A stretch of 64,000 nucleotides of DNA from Phycisphaerales bacterium UBA854 (GCA_002295885.1 DBGM01000002.1:9623-73622), one strand, 5' to 3'. Positions 24,529-34,352 are shown, numbered from the stretch's first letter. Translations and numbers: made by a program. The notes: generated by a model not told the origin, from the sequence alone.

Positions 24529-26022
24529 TCAGGCCCGTTCGTAGTCGCTCACGGCGTCCCCGAGCGCGTTGCGAAGCGGAGCCAGATGAGCACCCCAGGC
24601 CTCGTGTCGACCGCTGGCCGTGGTGTAGATGGGTTGGCGGACCTGATCCTGGCTGAGCGTCAGGACGGTTCGCTTGGATTCCCAGAATCTGAGGCACCGG
24701 TCGTCCCAGGTGAGGCCGCAGAAATCCAGGATGGTTCGGGCGTGCCCCTCGAGATCCTGCACCAAGTCCTCGTACCGAACGGTCAGCAGGGGCAGGGAGC
24801 AGTTGGTCTCCCAGTGTCGCATGAGGGCGACGTAGCGATGCCAGGCGTCCGCGATGTCCTCAAGTGAATCGCTCCAGATGCATTGATCGGGGGGAAACTT
24901 GTTGGTCCACGTCGAGAGTCCCAGGTCCATCGGATGCCGCAGGCAATGGATGACGCGGACGCCCGGCAGCATGCTCTGGGCCAGCCCCAGATTCATGAAG
25001 TTGCCCAGCTGCTTGTCGACGACGATGCGATCCGGTCCGACGCCGTCGGTCACGGCATCGAGGTAGCGGCGTCCGAGGTCGGTCAGTTGATCCGCCGAAA
25101 GCGCCTCATGGCAGTTCGGCCAGGGTGCGGAGAGGCCGAATCGATCCTGCATGGACTGCACCAGAGCGGGCATCGCCGGTGATTCGCCGACTCCGTGCGC
25201 CGACGGATGTGCATCGATGACCTGTTCGGTGAGGGTGGAGCCGCAGCGGGGAAGACCGACGATCAGCACGACGTTCGATGCGTCCAGGTCGGCTCGGGGC
25301 ATCGAGTCCAGGGCGGTGCGGTCGAGGGTATCGATGAGTCGCTGCTGCAGGGCCGACTGGTCGTCGCGTTGTGCGGCCCAGCGTCCCGCCACCGTGTCGT
25401 TGGCTTCGCGGAACGCTTCGAAAGCATCGTCGATCCGGTTCGCATCGAGCAGGGCCTTGCCCCGGGCGAAGAGGATCGCTCTGCGATGTTCCAGAGGGAG
25501 GGAGGGGTCCAGCGGCATCATGTCCTCGGCCAGCGCTGCTGCGGCATCGGCTTCGCCGAGTCTGAGCAGGGCCGTGATCAGCGGCTTGCAGAGCGGTACG
25601 TGCCGGGGGTCGCGTGGTTCGATCCGTTGCCGTTCGAGCACCCGGCGGGCCTGCTCCGGCTTGCCCATGCGCAGGTAGGTCTCCGCCTTGCCTGCGATCG
25701 CGGGGACCAGATCCGGTTGATGCTTGCCGGCCTTCTCGAAGTAGCCGATGGCATCCCGGTAGCTGCCGGTGTTCATGGCCAGCTCTCCCAGCAGGCACAG
25801 GACCTGCGGGTTCTTCGGGGCCTGCTTGAGGGCCTTCAGGAGCTGTGTGCGGGCCTCGTCGTGCTTCAGCTGTGCTGCGAGGGCCTGGCCCAGAATGGCC
25901 CTGGCCTCGAGGCTGCGGGGATGGGAACGAAGGAGTTCCTCCGCCAGCCGCTGCGCACCCGGTGCGTCGCCGTCCCGGTACATGGTGGTGGTCAGTCGGG
26001 TGAGATCCGGTTTGGCAGCCAT
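24529..26022 (-). CDS. TPR-repeat-containing sulfotransferase
   Basis: The N-terminal half is TPR helices. The C-terminal half has a PAPS 5'-phosphosulfate-binding-like motif GLPRCGSTLTEQV and a 3'-phosphate-binding-like motif CLRHPMDLGLSTW. Confidence 0.8.
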   Translation of the reverse strand: MAAKPDLTRLTTTMYRDGDAPGAQRLAEELLRSHPRSLEARAILGQALAAQLKHDEARTQLLKALKQAPKNPQVLCLLGELAMNTGSYRDAIGYFEKAGKHQPDLVPAIAGKAETYLRMGKPEQARRVLERQRIEPRDPRHVPLCKPLITALLRLGEADAAAALAEDMMPLDPSLPLEHRRAILFARGKALLDANRIDDAFEAFREANDTVAGRWAAQRDDQSALQQRLIDTLDRTALDSMPRADLDASNVVLIVGLPRCGSTLTEQVIDAHPSAHGVGESPAMPALVQSMQDRFGLSAPWPNCHEALSADQLTDLGRRYLDAVTDGVGPDRIVVDKQLGNFMNLGLAQSMLPGVRVIHCLRHPMDLGLSTWTNKFPPDQCIWSDSLEDIADAWHRYVALMRHWETNCSLPLLTVRYEDLVQDLEGHARTILDFCGLTWDDRCLRFWESKRTVLTLSQDQVRQPIYTTASGRHEAWGAHLAPLRNALGDAVSDYERA

Positions 26023-26024
26023 GC

Positions 26025-27152
26025 TCAGCCCTTGACGAGATCGGCGTTGGTCTCGAACCGCTGCATGGCGGCCAGCAACTGTTCGATCTGGGTCGCCGGC
26101 TTCATGTTGATGAGCCGCCGTCGGAGGGCCGTGACGGTCTTCAGCTCCTGCTCACCCATCAGCAGATCCTCCTTGCGGGTTCCCGAGGCCGCCAGATTGA
26201 TGGCGGGGAACAGCCGCTGTTCGGAAATCGATCGATCCAGGATGAGTTCCATGTTGCCCGTGCCCTTGAACTCCTCGTAGATGATCTGATCCGCCCGGGA
26301 ACCGGTGTCGACCAGGCACGTGGCGATGATGGTGAGGGAGCCGCCGTCTTCGATGTTGCGGGCCGAACCGAAGAGCTGCTTGGGGACCTCCATCGCCTTG
26401 GAGTCGAGTCCACCGGACATCGTGCGGCCGCTGTTGCCGTGGGTTCGCGAGTTGTTGAAGGCACGTCCCAGACGCGTCAGGGAATCCAGCAGCACGACGA
26501 CGTCACGACCGGCCTCGAGCATGCGTTTGGCCCGGTCGATGGCGAGAATGCCGAGTTCGATGTGCCGTTCAATGTCCTGGTCATTGGAGGAGGCGAGGAC
26601 GTGCGCCGGCACGTTGCGACGGAAGTCGGTGACCTCCTCCGGCCGTTCGTCGATGAGCAGTGCCACCAGTTCCACATCGGGATGGTTCGTCTTGATGCCG
26701 AAGGCGATGTTCTGCAGGAGCACCGTCTTGCCGGCCTTGGGGGGAGCGACGATCAGTCCGCGGGTGCCGTAGCCGAGGGGGCAGAAGAGGTCGATCAGCC
26801 GGCAGGCGGGAGGCGCTCCGGGGTATTCCAGCTTCATCCGCGGGGCGGGATCCACGGCCTCCATGTCGTCGAAGGCGGTGAAGGCCATGGCCTGGTCGGG
26901 CTGCTGTCCCTCCACGGTGAGGATCTCGTCGACCACGGGTCTGGCCGCCCCTCGCTTGCGTCCACTGCGACGGCGGGGACGCTTCATGGTGATGGTGGCC
27001 GTGATCTCCTGTCCGGGGCGGAGCTGGTACTGCTCGGAGAGCTGCTGGGGCACCAGCGGATCGTCCTCGCCCTTCACCAGACCGTTCTCCACCTGGCGCA
27101 CGCGACACTCGGTTGTCGAGAGCCATTCAAGGATGCCGCTGACGGTGGTCAT
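26025..27152 (-). CDS. rho: transcription termination factor Rho (short N-terminus)
   Basis: Motifs RLIDLFCPLGYGTRGLIVAPPKAGKTVLLQNIA (Walker A), ALLIDERPEEV and RLFPAINLAASGTRKEDLL. It is 375 aa, and the in-frame upstream sequence shows no Rho-like N-terminal extension. Confidence 0.9.
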   Translation of the reverse strand: MTTVSGILEWLSTTECRVRQVENGLVKGEDDPLVPQQLSEQYQLRPGQEITATITMKRPRRRSGRKRGAARPVVDEILTVEGQQPDQAMAFTAFDDMEAVDPAPRMKLEYPGAPPACRLIDLFCPLGYGTRGLIVAPPKAGKTVLLQNIAFGIKTNHPDVELVALLIDERPEEVTDFRRNVPAHVLASSNDQDIERHIELGILAIDRAKRMLEAGRDVVVLLDSLTRLGRAFNNSRTHGNSGRTMSGGLDSKAMEVPKQLFGSARNIEDGGSLTIIATCLVDTGSRADQIIYEEFKGTGNMELILDRSISEQRLFPAINLAASGTRKEDLLMGEQELKTVTALRRRLINMKPATQIEQLLAAMQRFETNADLVKG

Positions 27153-27329
27153 GATCGGATGCTGCCGAAACGGATCGTGGAAAACTCGCCCGGGAACGGT
27201 TTCGCCGACTGGCCTGCAGGGAGGGGCGGCGGATGTTCTGTTGAGCGTCGATGGTGCACGCGTCGGCTCGGTCCCTCGGCCGCCACCGTTCGCGTGTGAC
27301 CAAAAGTAGAGCAGGCCCGCCGGGGCCTG

Positions 27330-28352
27330 TCAAGGATTCGCCAGATGCGGACCGGCCAGCATGGACGCCGCCTCCGCCGCCCGCCGCGCGTTGCTCAGCA
27401 GCAGGGCGAGGTTTGCGGCGACCGATCGGCCTCCGGTGCGATCCGCAATCCATCCGAGCACGAAGGGGGTTCGAGCGGCGCCGTCCAGGCCCCGGGCCGT
27501 GGCGTCGTCTTCGGCCGCGGCGATCAGCCGCTCCATCTCCTCGTGCTCCAGGGTCAGTTCGGTCGCGAGAGGATTTGCCAGCAGGATGGCGGAGGACTTC
27601 CCCAGATCCTGCCAGTGATGCGAGCAGATTCGTCCGAGGTCCTGCAGATCGTCGATCGATTCGACGGAAGGGGTGTCGGCGGGGGGGCTCGAAGTGAATG
27701 CGGGCCAGCGGTCGGTCCTCCAGCCCAGCACGGGGACCGCGATCGACTCCAGCAGTTCCAGCGTGGCGGTCATGTCGAGGATCGATTTGCTGCCGGCGGA
27801 CACCACGCAGGCCCGGGTGCGACTCAGGGCCATCAGGTCCGCCGAGATGTCGGGGCGTTGGGACCAGCCGCGATGCACCCCGCCGATGCCGCCGGTCGCC
27901 AGCACGGGAGCCCAGGCATCGTGTTCCACGCGGTTGCGCAGGAGGGTGCAGGCGTCGAGGGCGGCGGAGACGGTGGTGCCGGCGCTGCGGCCGGTTCCCA
28001 TCCCCATCGCCAGGGTGGTCGAAGCGACCTTGTGACCGAGCCCCTCGCTCATCAGCCGACGGGCGTCGGCGGAGTCGATGCCCAGGTGCAGGCGACCCTC
28101 GATGAGTGCGGTGGTGCAGGGGACGCACCCATGGTCCCGTACCGACTGTTCCATGCGGTGCTGGAGTTCCGACGCCAGCGGTGCTTCGGGGTCCCAGTCC
28201 GGAACGGCCCGGGTCAGCGCGGCTCGGTCCCAGTTGGATTCCCAGGGGCGATTCGGAAGTCCGGTGGTGAGCACCGCCGACTCGAGCACCACGACGGGAG
28301 CATGTCGATCGAGCGCCTCCTCGATTTCCGGATGCAGGACGATCGCGGTCAT
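27330..28352 (-). CDS. psuG: pseudouridine-5'-phosphate glycosidase
   Basis: Motifs PVVVLESAVLTTGLP, LIEGRLHLGI, LATGGIGGVHRG, DISADL and VVSAGSKSILD, colinear with YeiN/PsuG. Confidence 0.85.
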   Translation of the reverse strand: MTAIVLHPEIEEALDRHAPVVVLESAVLTTGLPNRPWESNWDRAALTRAVPDWDPEAPLASELQHRMEQSVRDHGCVPCTTALIEGRLHLGIDSADARRLMSEGLGHKVASTTLAMGMGTGRSAGTTVSAALDACTLLRNRVEHDAWAPVLATGGIGGVHRGWSQRPDISADLMALSRTRACVVSAGSKSILDMTATLELLESIAVPVLGWRTDRWPAFTSSPPADTPSVESIDDLQDLGRICSHHWQDLGKSSAILLANPLATELTLEHEEMERLIAAAEDDATARGLDGAARTPFVLGWIADRTGGRSVAANLALLLSNARRAAEAASMLAGPHLANP

Positions 28353-29698
28353 CGGCGGCGGGTGCGGAGTCGGCCGCCCATTCGCTTGCTGGGAAGCTGC
28401 TTGGGGACGAGACCGCCGGGGAACTTGGCGTCGTCGCTGCCCTGGGTGTCGGCGGGAACCTCCGCGACGGTCCGGCTGTTCGCCTTTCGCAATGCTTCCC
28501 GCTCGGCCTCCGCCCGGCGGCGATCCTGCTGGATGCGCTCGGGTTCCGGTCCCGGTTTGAAGTCCTCGAAGGTCCGGGTCGGAATCTCGACGTTGGTGAG
28601 CCGCTCGATGTTCATCAGCAGTTCGCTCTGTTCGGGTGTGACGAACATGATCGCCTTGCCGTCCTGGCCCTTGCGGGCGGTGCGGCCGATCCGGTGGACG
28701 TAGACCTCCGGATCATCGGGCACGTCGTAATTGAACACGTGGGTGATGTTGTCCACGTCGATTCCACGGGCCGCGAGATCCGAGGCCACGACGATGCGGA
28801 TCTCACGATTCCGAAGCTGTTCCATCACCCGGTTGCGTTTGCCCTGGTGCAGGTTCGCGTGCAGCACCGCTGCGTCGATGTTCTTCTTCTGCAGCGACTT
28901 CGCCACCTTGTCGACGGTGACCTTCATCCGGCAGAAGACGATGGCCAGATCGGGCTTTTCGATCTTCAGGACATGATGCAGCATCTTGAGCTTGTCCCAG
29001 TTCTGGACGGAGACGCACTCCTGATCGACCTGGGCGACGGTGAGGCTCTTGGCCTCGCTGAGCGAGAGATCCACCGGATCGTTCATGTACTTCCTGGCCA
29101 ACTGCATGATCTCGTCCGAGATCGTGGCCGACACGAAGATCGTCTGGTGCTTCTGGCGGATTCCGCCGAGGATCTTGCGGATGTCCTCCCGGAAGCCGAT
29201 GTCCAGCATGCGGTCCACCTCGTCGAGCATGGCCAGCTGGATGCGGTCGTAGGGCAGCAGCCTGCGCTGGTGCATGTCCATGACCCGTCCCGGGGTTCCC
29301 ACGATGATGTGGGGCTTCTTCTTGAGCTTCTCCGCCTGGGTGCTGATGGCCTGGCCGCCGTAGACGGCGAGCACCTTCAGGTTGGTGTGGGCTCCCAGTT
29401 CCCGCATTTCACGGGTGACCTGGATCGCGAGTTCGCGGGTCGGCACCAGGCAGAGGCAGGCGTAGGGAGTCGACCCGTCCAGCACCTGCAGGGCGGGAAG
29501 TCCGAATGCGGCCGTCTTGCCGGTGCCGGTCTTGGACTGGCCCAGGATGTCCTTGCCTTCGATGGCGAGGGGGATCAGCTGGGACTGGATGATCGTGGGG
29601 TGCTCGAATCCCTGGTCCTCGATGCCCTTGAGGATGGCATCGGACAGGCCGAGGTCGGCGAACGTCTGGGTGGTTTCGAAGATGTCGTTGGTCGTCAT
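28349..29698 (-). CDS. DEAD-box ATP-dependent RNA helicase
   Basis: ORF trimmed to MTTNDIFETTQTFADLGLS (ATG 29696-29698). Q-motif region; GQSKTGTGKTAAFGLP, PTRELA, the DEVD variant of DEAD, SAT, and HRIGRTARKG. Arg-rich tail. ATGA overlap with psuG. Confidence 0.9.
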   Translation of the reverse strand: MTTNDIFETTQTFADLGLSDAILKGIEDQGFEHPTIIQSQLIPLAIEGKDILGQSKTGTGKTAAFGLPALQVLDGSTPYACLCLVPTRELAIQVTREMRELGAHTNLKVLAVYGGQAISTQAEKLKKKPHIIVGTPGRVMDMHQRRLLPYDRIQLAMLDEVDRMLDIGFREDIRKILGGIRQKHQTIFVSATISDEIMQLARKYMNDPVDLSLSEAKSLTVAQVDQECVSVQNWDKLKMLHHVLKIEKPDLAIVFCRMKVTVDKVAKSLQKKNIDAAVLHANLHQGKRNRVMEQLRNREIRIVVASDLAARGIDVDNITHVFNYDVPDDPEVYVHRIGRTARKGQDGKAIMFVTPEQSELLMNIERLTNVEIPTRTFEDFKPGPEPERIQQDRRRAEAEREALRKANSRTVAEVPADTQGSDDAKFPGGLVPKQLPSKRMGGRLRTRRR

Positions 29699-29820
29699 GA
29701 TGCGGTTGATCTCGATGGGGAGTGCTCGAGGTCCGCTGCGACATCGAGAGGGGATCATGGTAGGATCACATCGTTGTCGATACAACCATGCAGGGAGCAG
29801 GGACGCTTCACCGGGCCGCC

Positions 29821-31056
29821 ATGGACGAACTGAGCCGACTGGACATTGATCTCGCCGCCATCAGCCGAAATCTCGGTGAGATACGTCGCGTGGTGGGGGA
29901 GGACTGCCGGATCTGCCCCGTGGTGAAATCCGATGCCTACGGGCTGGGGTTGCAACGGGTGGTTCCCACCCTTGAGGAGGCCGGGGCCGACATGTTCGCG
30001 GTCTTCGCCCCCCGGGAGGCGGTGGAGTTTCTGTCGACGGGCAGCCGGGTGCCGGTGCTCGTGCTCATGCCGGTCCGTGACCTCTCCATGGTGGATCCGA
30101 TGTATCCGGGTCTCCGTACCGGTCAGGTGCATCTGGTGGTCCACGACACCGCCCATCTGGATCTGCTGGAGTCCTACGCCGAGGAACTCGACGTGCTGCT
30201 CCGCCTGCATCTGAAACTGAACACGGGAATGCATCGTGGGGGATGCGATCCGGGCGAAGGATCGGCGCTGCTCGAACGCATCATGAATTCGCCCCGCCTG
30301 CATCTCGCCGGCATATGCACCCATTTCTCCTCTTCGAGCACCTGCCGCGAGACGACGGACCGGCAGTTGGACCGGTTCGAATCCTTCCTCGCGACCAACG
30401 CCGAGCTCATCGATTCCGACTGCCTGCTGCATTGCGCGAGCACGGCGTCGGTCATGTTCGGTTCACGTTTCACGCGCAACATGGTCCGCGTCGGTCTCGG
30501 TTGGGTCGGAACATGTCCGTCGGCGTCCGGCGACGCCTCGATCCCCGGGCTCAGTCCCTCGCTGCGCTGGACCAGCGCGATCGTCCAGGTCCGTGCCGTC
30601 CCGGCGGGGGAGCCGGTCGGGTACGACGGCACCTGGCGGCCCGCACGCGACAGCATCATCGGCATCGTTCCCGTGGGCTATGCGGACGGATACCCGGTTC
30701 GCCCTTCATCCATCGAACCTTCGGCGCTCCCGCAGGTGGTCGGGCTGCTGCGAAACGACCGCGTCATCGGCTACGCGCCGGTGGTCGGAGTGGTCAGCAT
30801 GGATCAGATGACGATCGATCTCACGGGGGTCGTTGCGGAGGATTCGATCGGTTCGGTGGGGCGTGTCGAACTGCTGTCCAGCGTCCCCGGCGCGCCCAAC
30901 GGGCTTCGGGAACTGGCGACGGCCTCCGGCATGAAGCCGCATGCGGTCATCGCCCGTCTCCATCCCCGCATCCGGCGCGCCGTCCTCGCCGAGCAGCCGC
31001 GCATCGACGGCCGGGCGGGGCTCGACCGGCTCCAGTCCGGCGCAAACGTGGTCTGA
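29821..31056 (+). CDS. alr: alanine racemase
   Basis: PLP-lysine motif PVVKSDAYGLG. C-terminal motifs VPVGYADGYPV and VSMDQMTIDL. The start at 29821 (MDELSRLDIDLAAISRNL) is preferred over 29788. Confidence 0.88.
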   Translation: MDELSRLDIDLAAISRNLGEIRRVVGEDCRICPVVKSDAYGLGLQRVVPTLEEAGADMFAVFAPREAVEFLSTGSRVPVLVLMPVRDLSMVDPMYPGLRTGQVHLVVHDTAHLDLLESYAEELDVLLRLHLKLNTGMHRGGCDPGEGSALLERIMNSPRLHLAGICTHFSSSSTCRETTDRQLDRFESFLATNAELIDSDCLLHCASTASVMFGSRFTRNMVRVGLGWVGTCPSASGDASIPGLSPSLRWTSAIVQVRAVPAGEPVGYDGTWRPARDSIIGIVPVGYADGYPVRPSSIEPSALPQVVGLLRNDRVIGYAPVVGVVSMDQMTIDLTGVVAEDSIGSVGRVELLSSVPGAPNGLRELATASGMKPHAVIARLHPRIRRAVLAEQPRIDGRAGLDRLQSGANVV

Positions 31057-31299
31057 CGGGTCCGGCGCCGAACACTATCGGAACCAAGGCCTTCCCCGGC
31101 AAAATGTAATGGTGACCGATGCGATCTGACCGATGACCTTCCCACGTCGGGGGGAGTCTTCGAACCCCGGAAGCGAGCACGGTATTCGCGGGACCGCCAG
31201 TTTGGCCGACCCACCTTTGACCCGGCGCTTCCTGGGTTCGACGACTCCTCTCTTCGTTGGTGAGCACGTCGGCTGCGTTGCTCCCGCCCTTCCTATACT

Positions 31300-32148
31300 G
31301 TGAGCATGGTGGAAGTGGACGACAACGCCGTGCCGTCGGGATCGGGCTCGCTCTTGCGGCTCGGAGTCGTCGAGTTCCTCAACACCCAGCCCATCATCGC
31401 GGGGCTCGAGCGCCTGGACGATGTGCAGCTGAAGCCCGCGGTTCCCAGTCGTCTGGTCGAACTGCTGGAATCCGGTGAAGTCGATGCCGCCCTGTGTTCG
31501 TCGATTGACTACCACCGTGCGGATTGCGATCCGGTCATCCTTCCTGCGCCGCCGTTGGGTTGCGACGGCCCGACCCACACGGTCCGGCTGTTCTCCAGAC
31601 ACCCCCTGGAGACGATCGAACGGGTGCACTGCGACACGGACAGCCATACTTCGGTCGTGCTGCTGCAGGTGATCATGCAGGAGCGGTACGGTCGCCGGGT
31701 CGAGATCCTGCCCTTCGAGGCCGGTGCCCGATCGGACTGGCCGGAGGCGGTCCTGCTGATCGGTGACAAGGTCGTCGCCGCGTCGCCCGAGGAGGGCGAG
31801 ATGCCGCATCAGCTCGATCTTGGGGAAGCCTGGAAGGCGTTGACGGGCCTTCCCTTCATCTTTGGAATCTGGTTGGGGCGAGCCGACGGCGACCCCGCCG
31901 TTCACCGGCTCGCCAGCGATCTCCTCGAACGGCAGTATCGCTACAACCGGATGCATCTCGAGGCGATCCTCACGCAGGTCGAGTCGGGTCGAAACTGGCC
32001 CATCGACGTCGCGGACCACTATCTGCGCACCAGCATCCGGTACGAGTTCGGGCCCGTGCAGCGGGCGGGGCTCGAGCGGTTCTACGAACTGGCCGGTTCC
32101 CACGGTCTCGTATCGCTGCGCACGCCGATCCGCTGGCTGGATCACTGA
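31300..32148 (+). CDS. mqnA: chorismate dehydratase (futalosine pathway)
   Basis: LRLGVVEFLNTQPIIAGL N-terminus and the overall periplasmic-binding-protein-like pattern typical of MqnA. 282 aa. Confidence 0.7.
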   Translation: MSMVEVDDNAVPSGSGSLLRLGVVEFLNTQPIIAGLERLDDVQLKPAVPSRLVELLESGEVDAALCSSIDYHRADCDPVILPAPPLGCDGPTHTVRLFSRHPLETIERVHCDTDSHTSVVLLQVIMQERYGRRVEILPFEAGARSDWPEAVLLIGDKVVAASPEEGEMPHQLDLGEAWKALTGLPFIFGIWLGRADGDPAVHRLASDLLERQYRYNRMHLEAILTQVESGRNWPIDVADHYLRTSIRYEFGPVQRAGLERFYELAGSHGLVSLRTPIRWLDH

Positions 32149-32150
32149 GC

Positions 32151-33779
32151 ATGCCCCGGTCCGCCGCCTTCACCAGTGGGGTGCTGCAGGAACTGCTGCG
32201 GCAGCTGGAATACGCACCCGCGGGAACGCATCTCCGTCAGATGGATGCCGCCGAGGCGCTGCTGGACGTCATCGAACCGACGCGGTTGTATCCCGAGGAT
32301 TTCATCACCTTCCGCATCACCGGCTACCGGTCCGATCGGCCGGGCCCCCGGACGTCGGTGGTTGGTGCGGCGCTGCAGCGTGACCTGGTCACCTTTATCC
32401 AGTGTCTGAGCTGGGATCTGGATCTACCGCGGACACTCGATCGCGGCCGGGCGGAAGACATGGACGATCTCGCACGACGCCTGGGCGTCTCCCGCCGTAC
32501 GCTGCAGCGGTGCCGCCAGGCCGGACTCGTGCTTCACTTCGTACGCGGTGAAGACGGCCAGCGTCGGCTCGCCTGCTACCCCGATTCGCTGGAGCGGTTC
32601 ATGGCCAGCAATCCCGGCCGAATCACCGTTGCCGCCTCCTTCTCGAGACTCACGGATGTCCAGCGTGCAGGCATCATCGAAGAGGCGGTCCGCCTGGGCA
32701 GGGACGAGTCGGTCACACTCAATGAGGCGGCACGACGGATCGCCGTCGAGACGGGCCGTTCCCACGAAGCGGTCCGCGGGATCCTGAAGCGAAACGAACG
32801 GACGCAGCAGCTGTTCGCCGAACACGGGCCGCTGACCCTGCGGGACGCACGGGTCATCGAGCGGGCCCGGGGGCGGGGGATGGACATCGGAGTCCTCGCG
32901 GACCGGTACGGCAAGAGCGTCTCCGCTGTACACCGCGCCCTGCATCGACTCCGGCTCGATCGCCTGCTGGCATTGCCGCTGGTCTGGAGGCAGGAGGCGG
33001 ACTTGCAGGAGCACCGGATGCCTGCCAGCGTCCGGCACGGACTGCCCCATCATGCCCTGATCGACGAGGATCGCCTGCTCGCCGACGATGCGGCGCTGGA
33101 TGTCGCCCTGCTTCGCATGGACTGCAGTACGCATGCGATGCTCTGTTCGGAAGCCGCCAAGGGGCTGGTCGTCAGCGGGTCGATGCCGTCGGTCGAACAG
33201 CTCGACGCGGTGGAGACGATGCTGCGGCACGCGGCGATGCTCCATCTGCGGATGATGATGCAGGGCTTCGTGCACTTGAGGCAGCGGGTGGAGGAGTTCG
33301 TGCAGCAGCCCGTCGCCGAACTTCCCACCCAGGAGCGTGCGGTCCTCCTGCGGCTGCTGGTCGACCTGCTGGATCGAGCCATTCTGGACGCCGACGTCGA
33401 GGCCGGCGAGGGCATCGTTCCTGCGGCTCTGCAGCAGTTGGATGCGGAGCTGGAGGACGGGAGGATCTCCGCTCGTCCACGCCGGGCCGCCAGTCGATCG
33501 GCCCCCGCCCAGGGAGGCCTCGGCGTCCTGCTGCGCCGGCGGGTGCCATGGGCGTGGCTGCTCCCGGACCGTTCGGACATCGAAGCCGCGTCGGCGGGTG
33601 ATGCAACCGTTCGCAGTCTGTTCGACGAACGCTTCGGCATGAGGGGGGATGCGCCGTGCACGCTGGCGGAACTTTCCGTGCGGCACGGAACGACCTCCTC
33701 GGCGATCGAGCGACGCCTTCGTCGCCCGCGGCGCACCGATGGCGCGGAATCGCCGGATCGATCGAAGGACGATACTTAA
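32151..33779 (+). CDS. hypothetical protein with four sigma-70 region-4-like helix-turn-helix modules
   Basis: 542 aa, starting 2 nt after the mqnA stop. HTH-like segments are MDDLARRLGVSRRTLQRCRQAG, TLNEAARRIAVETGRSHEAVRGILKR, IGVLADRYGKSVSAVHRALHRLR and TLAELSVRHGTTSSAIERRLRR. Confidence 0.7.
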   Translation: MPRSAAFTSGVLQELLRQLEYAPAGTHLRQMDAAEALLDVIEPTRLYPEDFITFRITGYRSDRPGPRTSVVGAALQRDLVTFIQCLSWDLDLPRTLDRGRAEDMDDLARRLGVSRRTLQRCRQAGLVLHFVRGEDGQRRLACYPDSLERFMASNPGRITVAASFSRLTDVQRAGIIEEAVRLGRDESVTLNEAARRIAVETGRSHEAVRGILKRNERTQQLFAEHGPLTLRDARVIERARGRGMDIGVLADRYGKSVSAVHRALHRLRLDRLLALPLVWRQEADLQEHRMPASVRHGLPHHALIDEDRLLADDAALDVALLRMDCSTHAMLCSEAAKGLVVSGSMPSVEQLDAVETMLRHAAMLHLRMMMQGFVHLRQRVEEFVQQPVAELPTQERAVLLRLLVDLLDRAILDADVEAGEGIVPAALQQLDAELEDGRISARPRRAASRSAPAQGGLGVLLRRRVPWAWLLPDRSDIEAASAGDATVRSLFDERFGMRGDAPCTLAELSVRHGTTSSAIERRLRRPRRTDGAESPDRSKDDT

Positions 33780-34321
33780 CGCTTGGAGAACTGGAACCGC
33801 TTGCGAGCGCCGGGCTGTCCGGGCTTCTTCCGTTCGACCTTCCGCGGGTCACGGGTGAGGTACCCGTTCTCACGCAGCGTGGAGTCGAGGGAGATGTCGT
33901 AGTTCCGGAGGGCACGGCCGAGTCCAAGGATGATGGCTCCGGCCTGACCGGTGAAACCGCCTCCGCGGACGTTCACGTGCACATCCATCGACCCGAAGGT
34001 GTTGGTCTTCTTCAGCACGTTGTGGAGGTTGTTGCGGTCACGCTCCTCGGTGAAGAAGTTGTCGAGCGTGCGGTTGTTGACGATGAAGACGCCTTCACCG
34101 GGCTTGACCCGGACACGAGCCACGGCGGCCTTGCGGCGGCCGGTTCCACGCCACCAGCCCTGCGGATCGGGACCCTTCACGGTGTCGTTGGAAACCATGG
34201 GGGCGGGGGCCTGCGGGGCTTCTTCCACGACCGGGGTCTCCACCGCGGGAGCTTCGGGTGCGGAAGCCGCTTCGGGGGCGGGCTGGGTTGCTTCGGTGTT
34301 GGGGGTAGTCTCGTCGGTCAT
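33776..34321 (-). CDS. rpsI: 30S ribosomal protein S9 (with Ala/Pro/Glu-rich N-terminal extension)
   Basis: Motifs GTGRRKAAVARVRVKPGEG and the C-terminal PGARKRFQFSKR. Confidence 0.9.
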   Translation of the reverse strand: MTDETTPNTEATQPAPEAASAPEAPAVETPVVEEAPQAPAPMVSNDTVKGPDPQGWWRGTGRRKAAVARVRVKPGEGVFIVNNRTLDNFFTEERDRNNLHNVLKKTNTFGSMDVHVNVRGGGFTGQAGAIILGLGRALRNYDISLDSTLRENGYLTRDPRKVERKKPGQPGARKRFQFSKR

Positions 34322-34352
34322 TGAAGGCCTTCGTGTCTCTCGCTGGTGCTGG

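Noticed and set aside
31057-31299. A tRNA-like or ncRNA element in the alr-mqnA spacer (GGAGTCTTCGAACCCCGG and GGGTTCGACGACTCC look like T-arm fragments).
   Set aside because: No acceptor, D or anticodon arms can be assembled around either fragment. They are probably chance matches.
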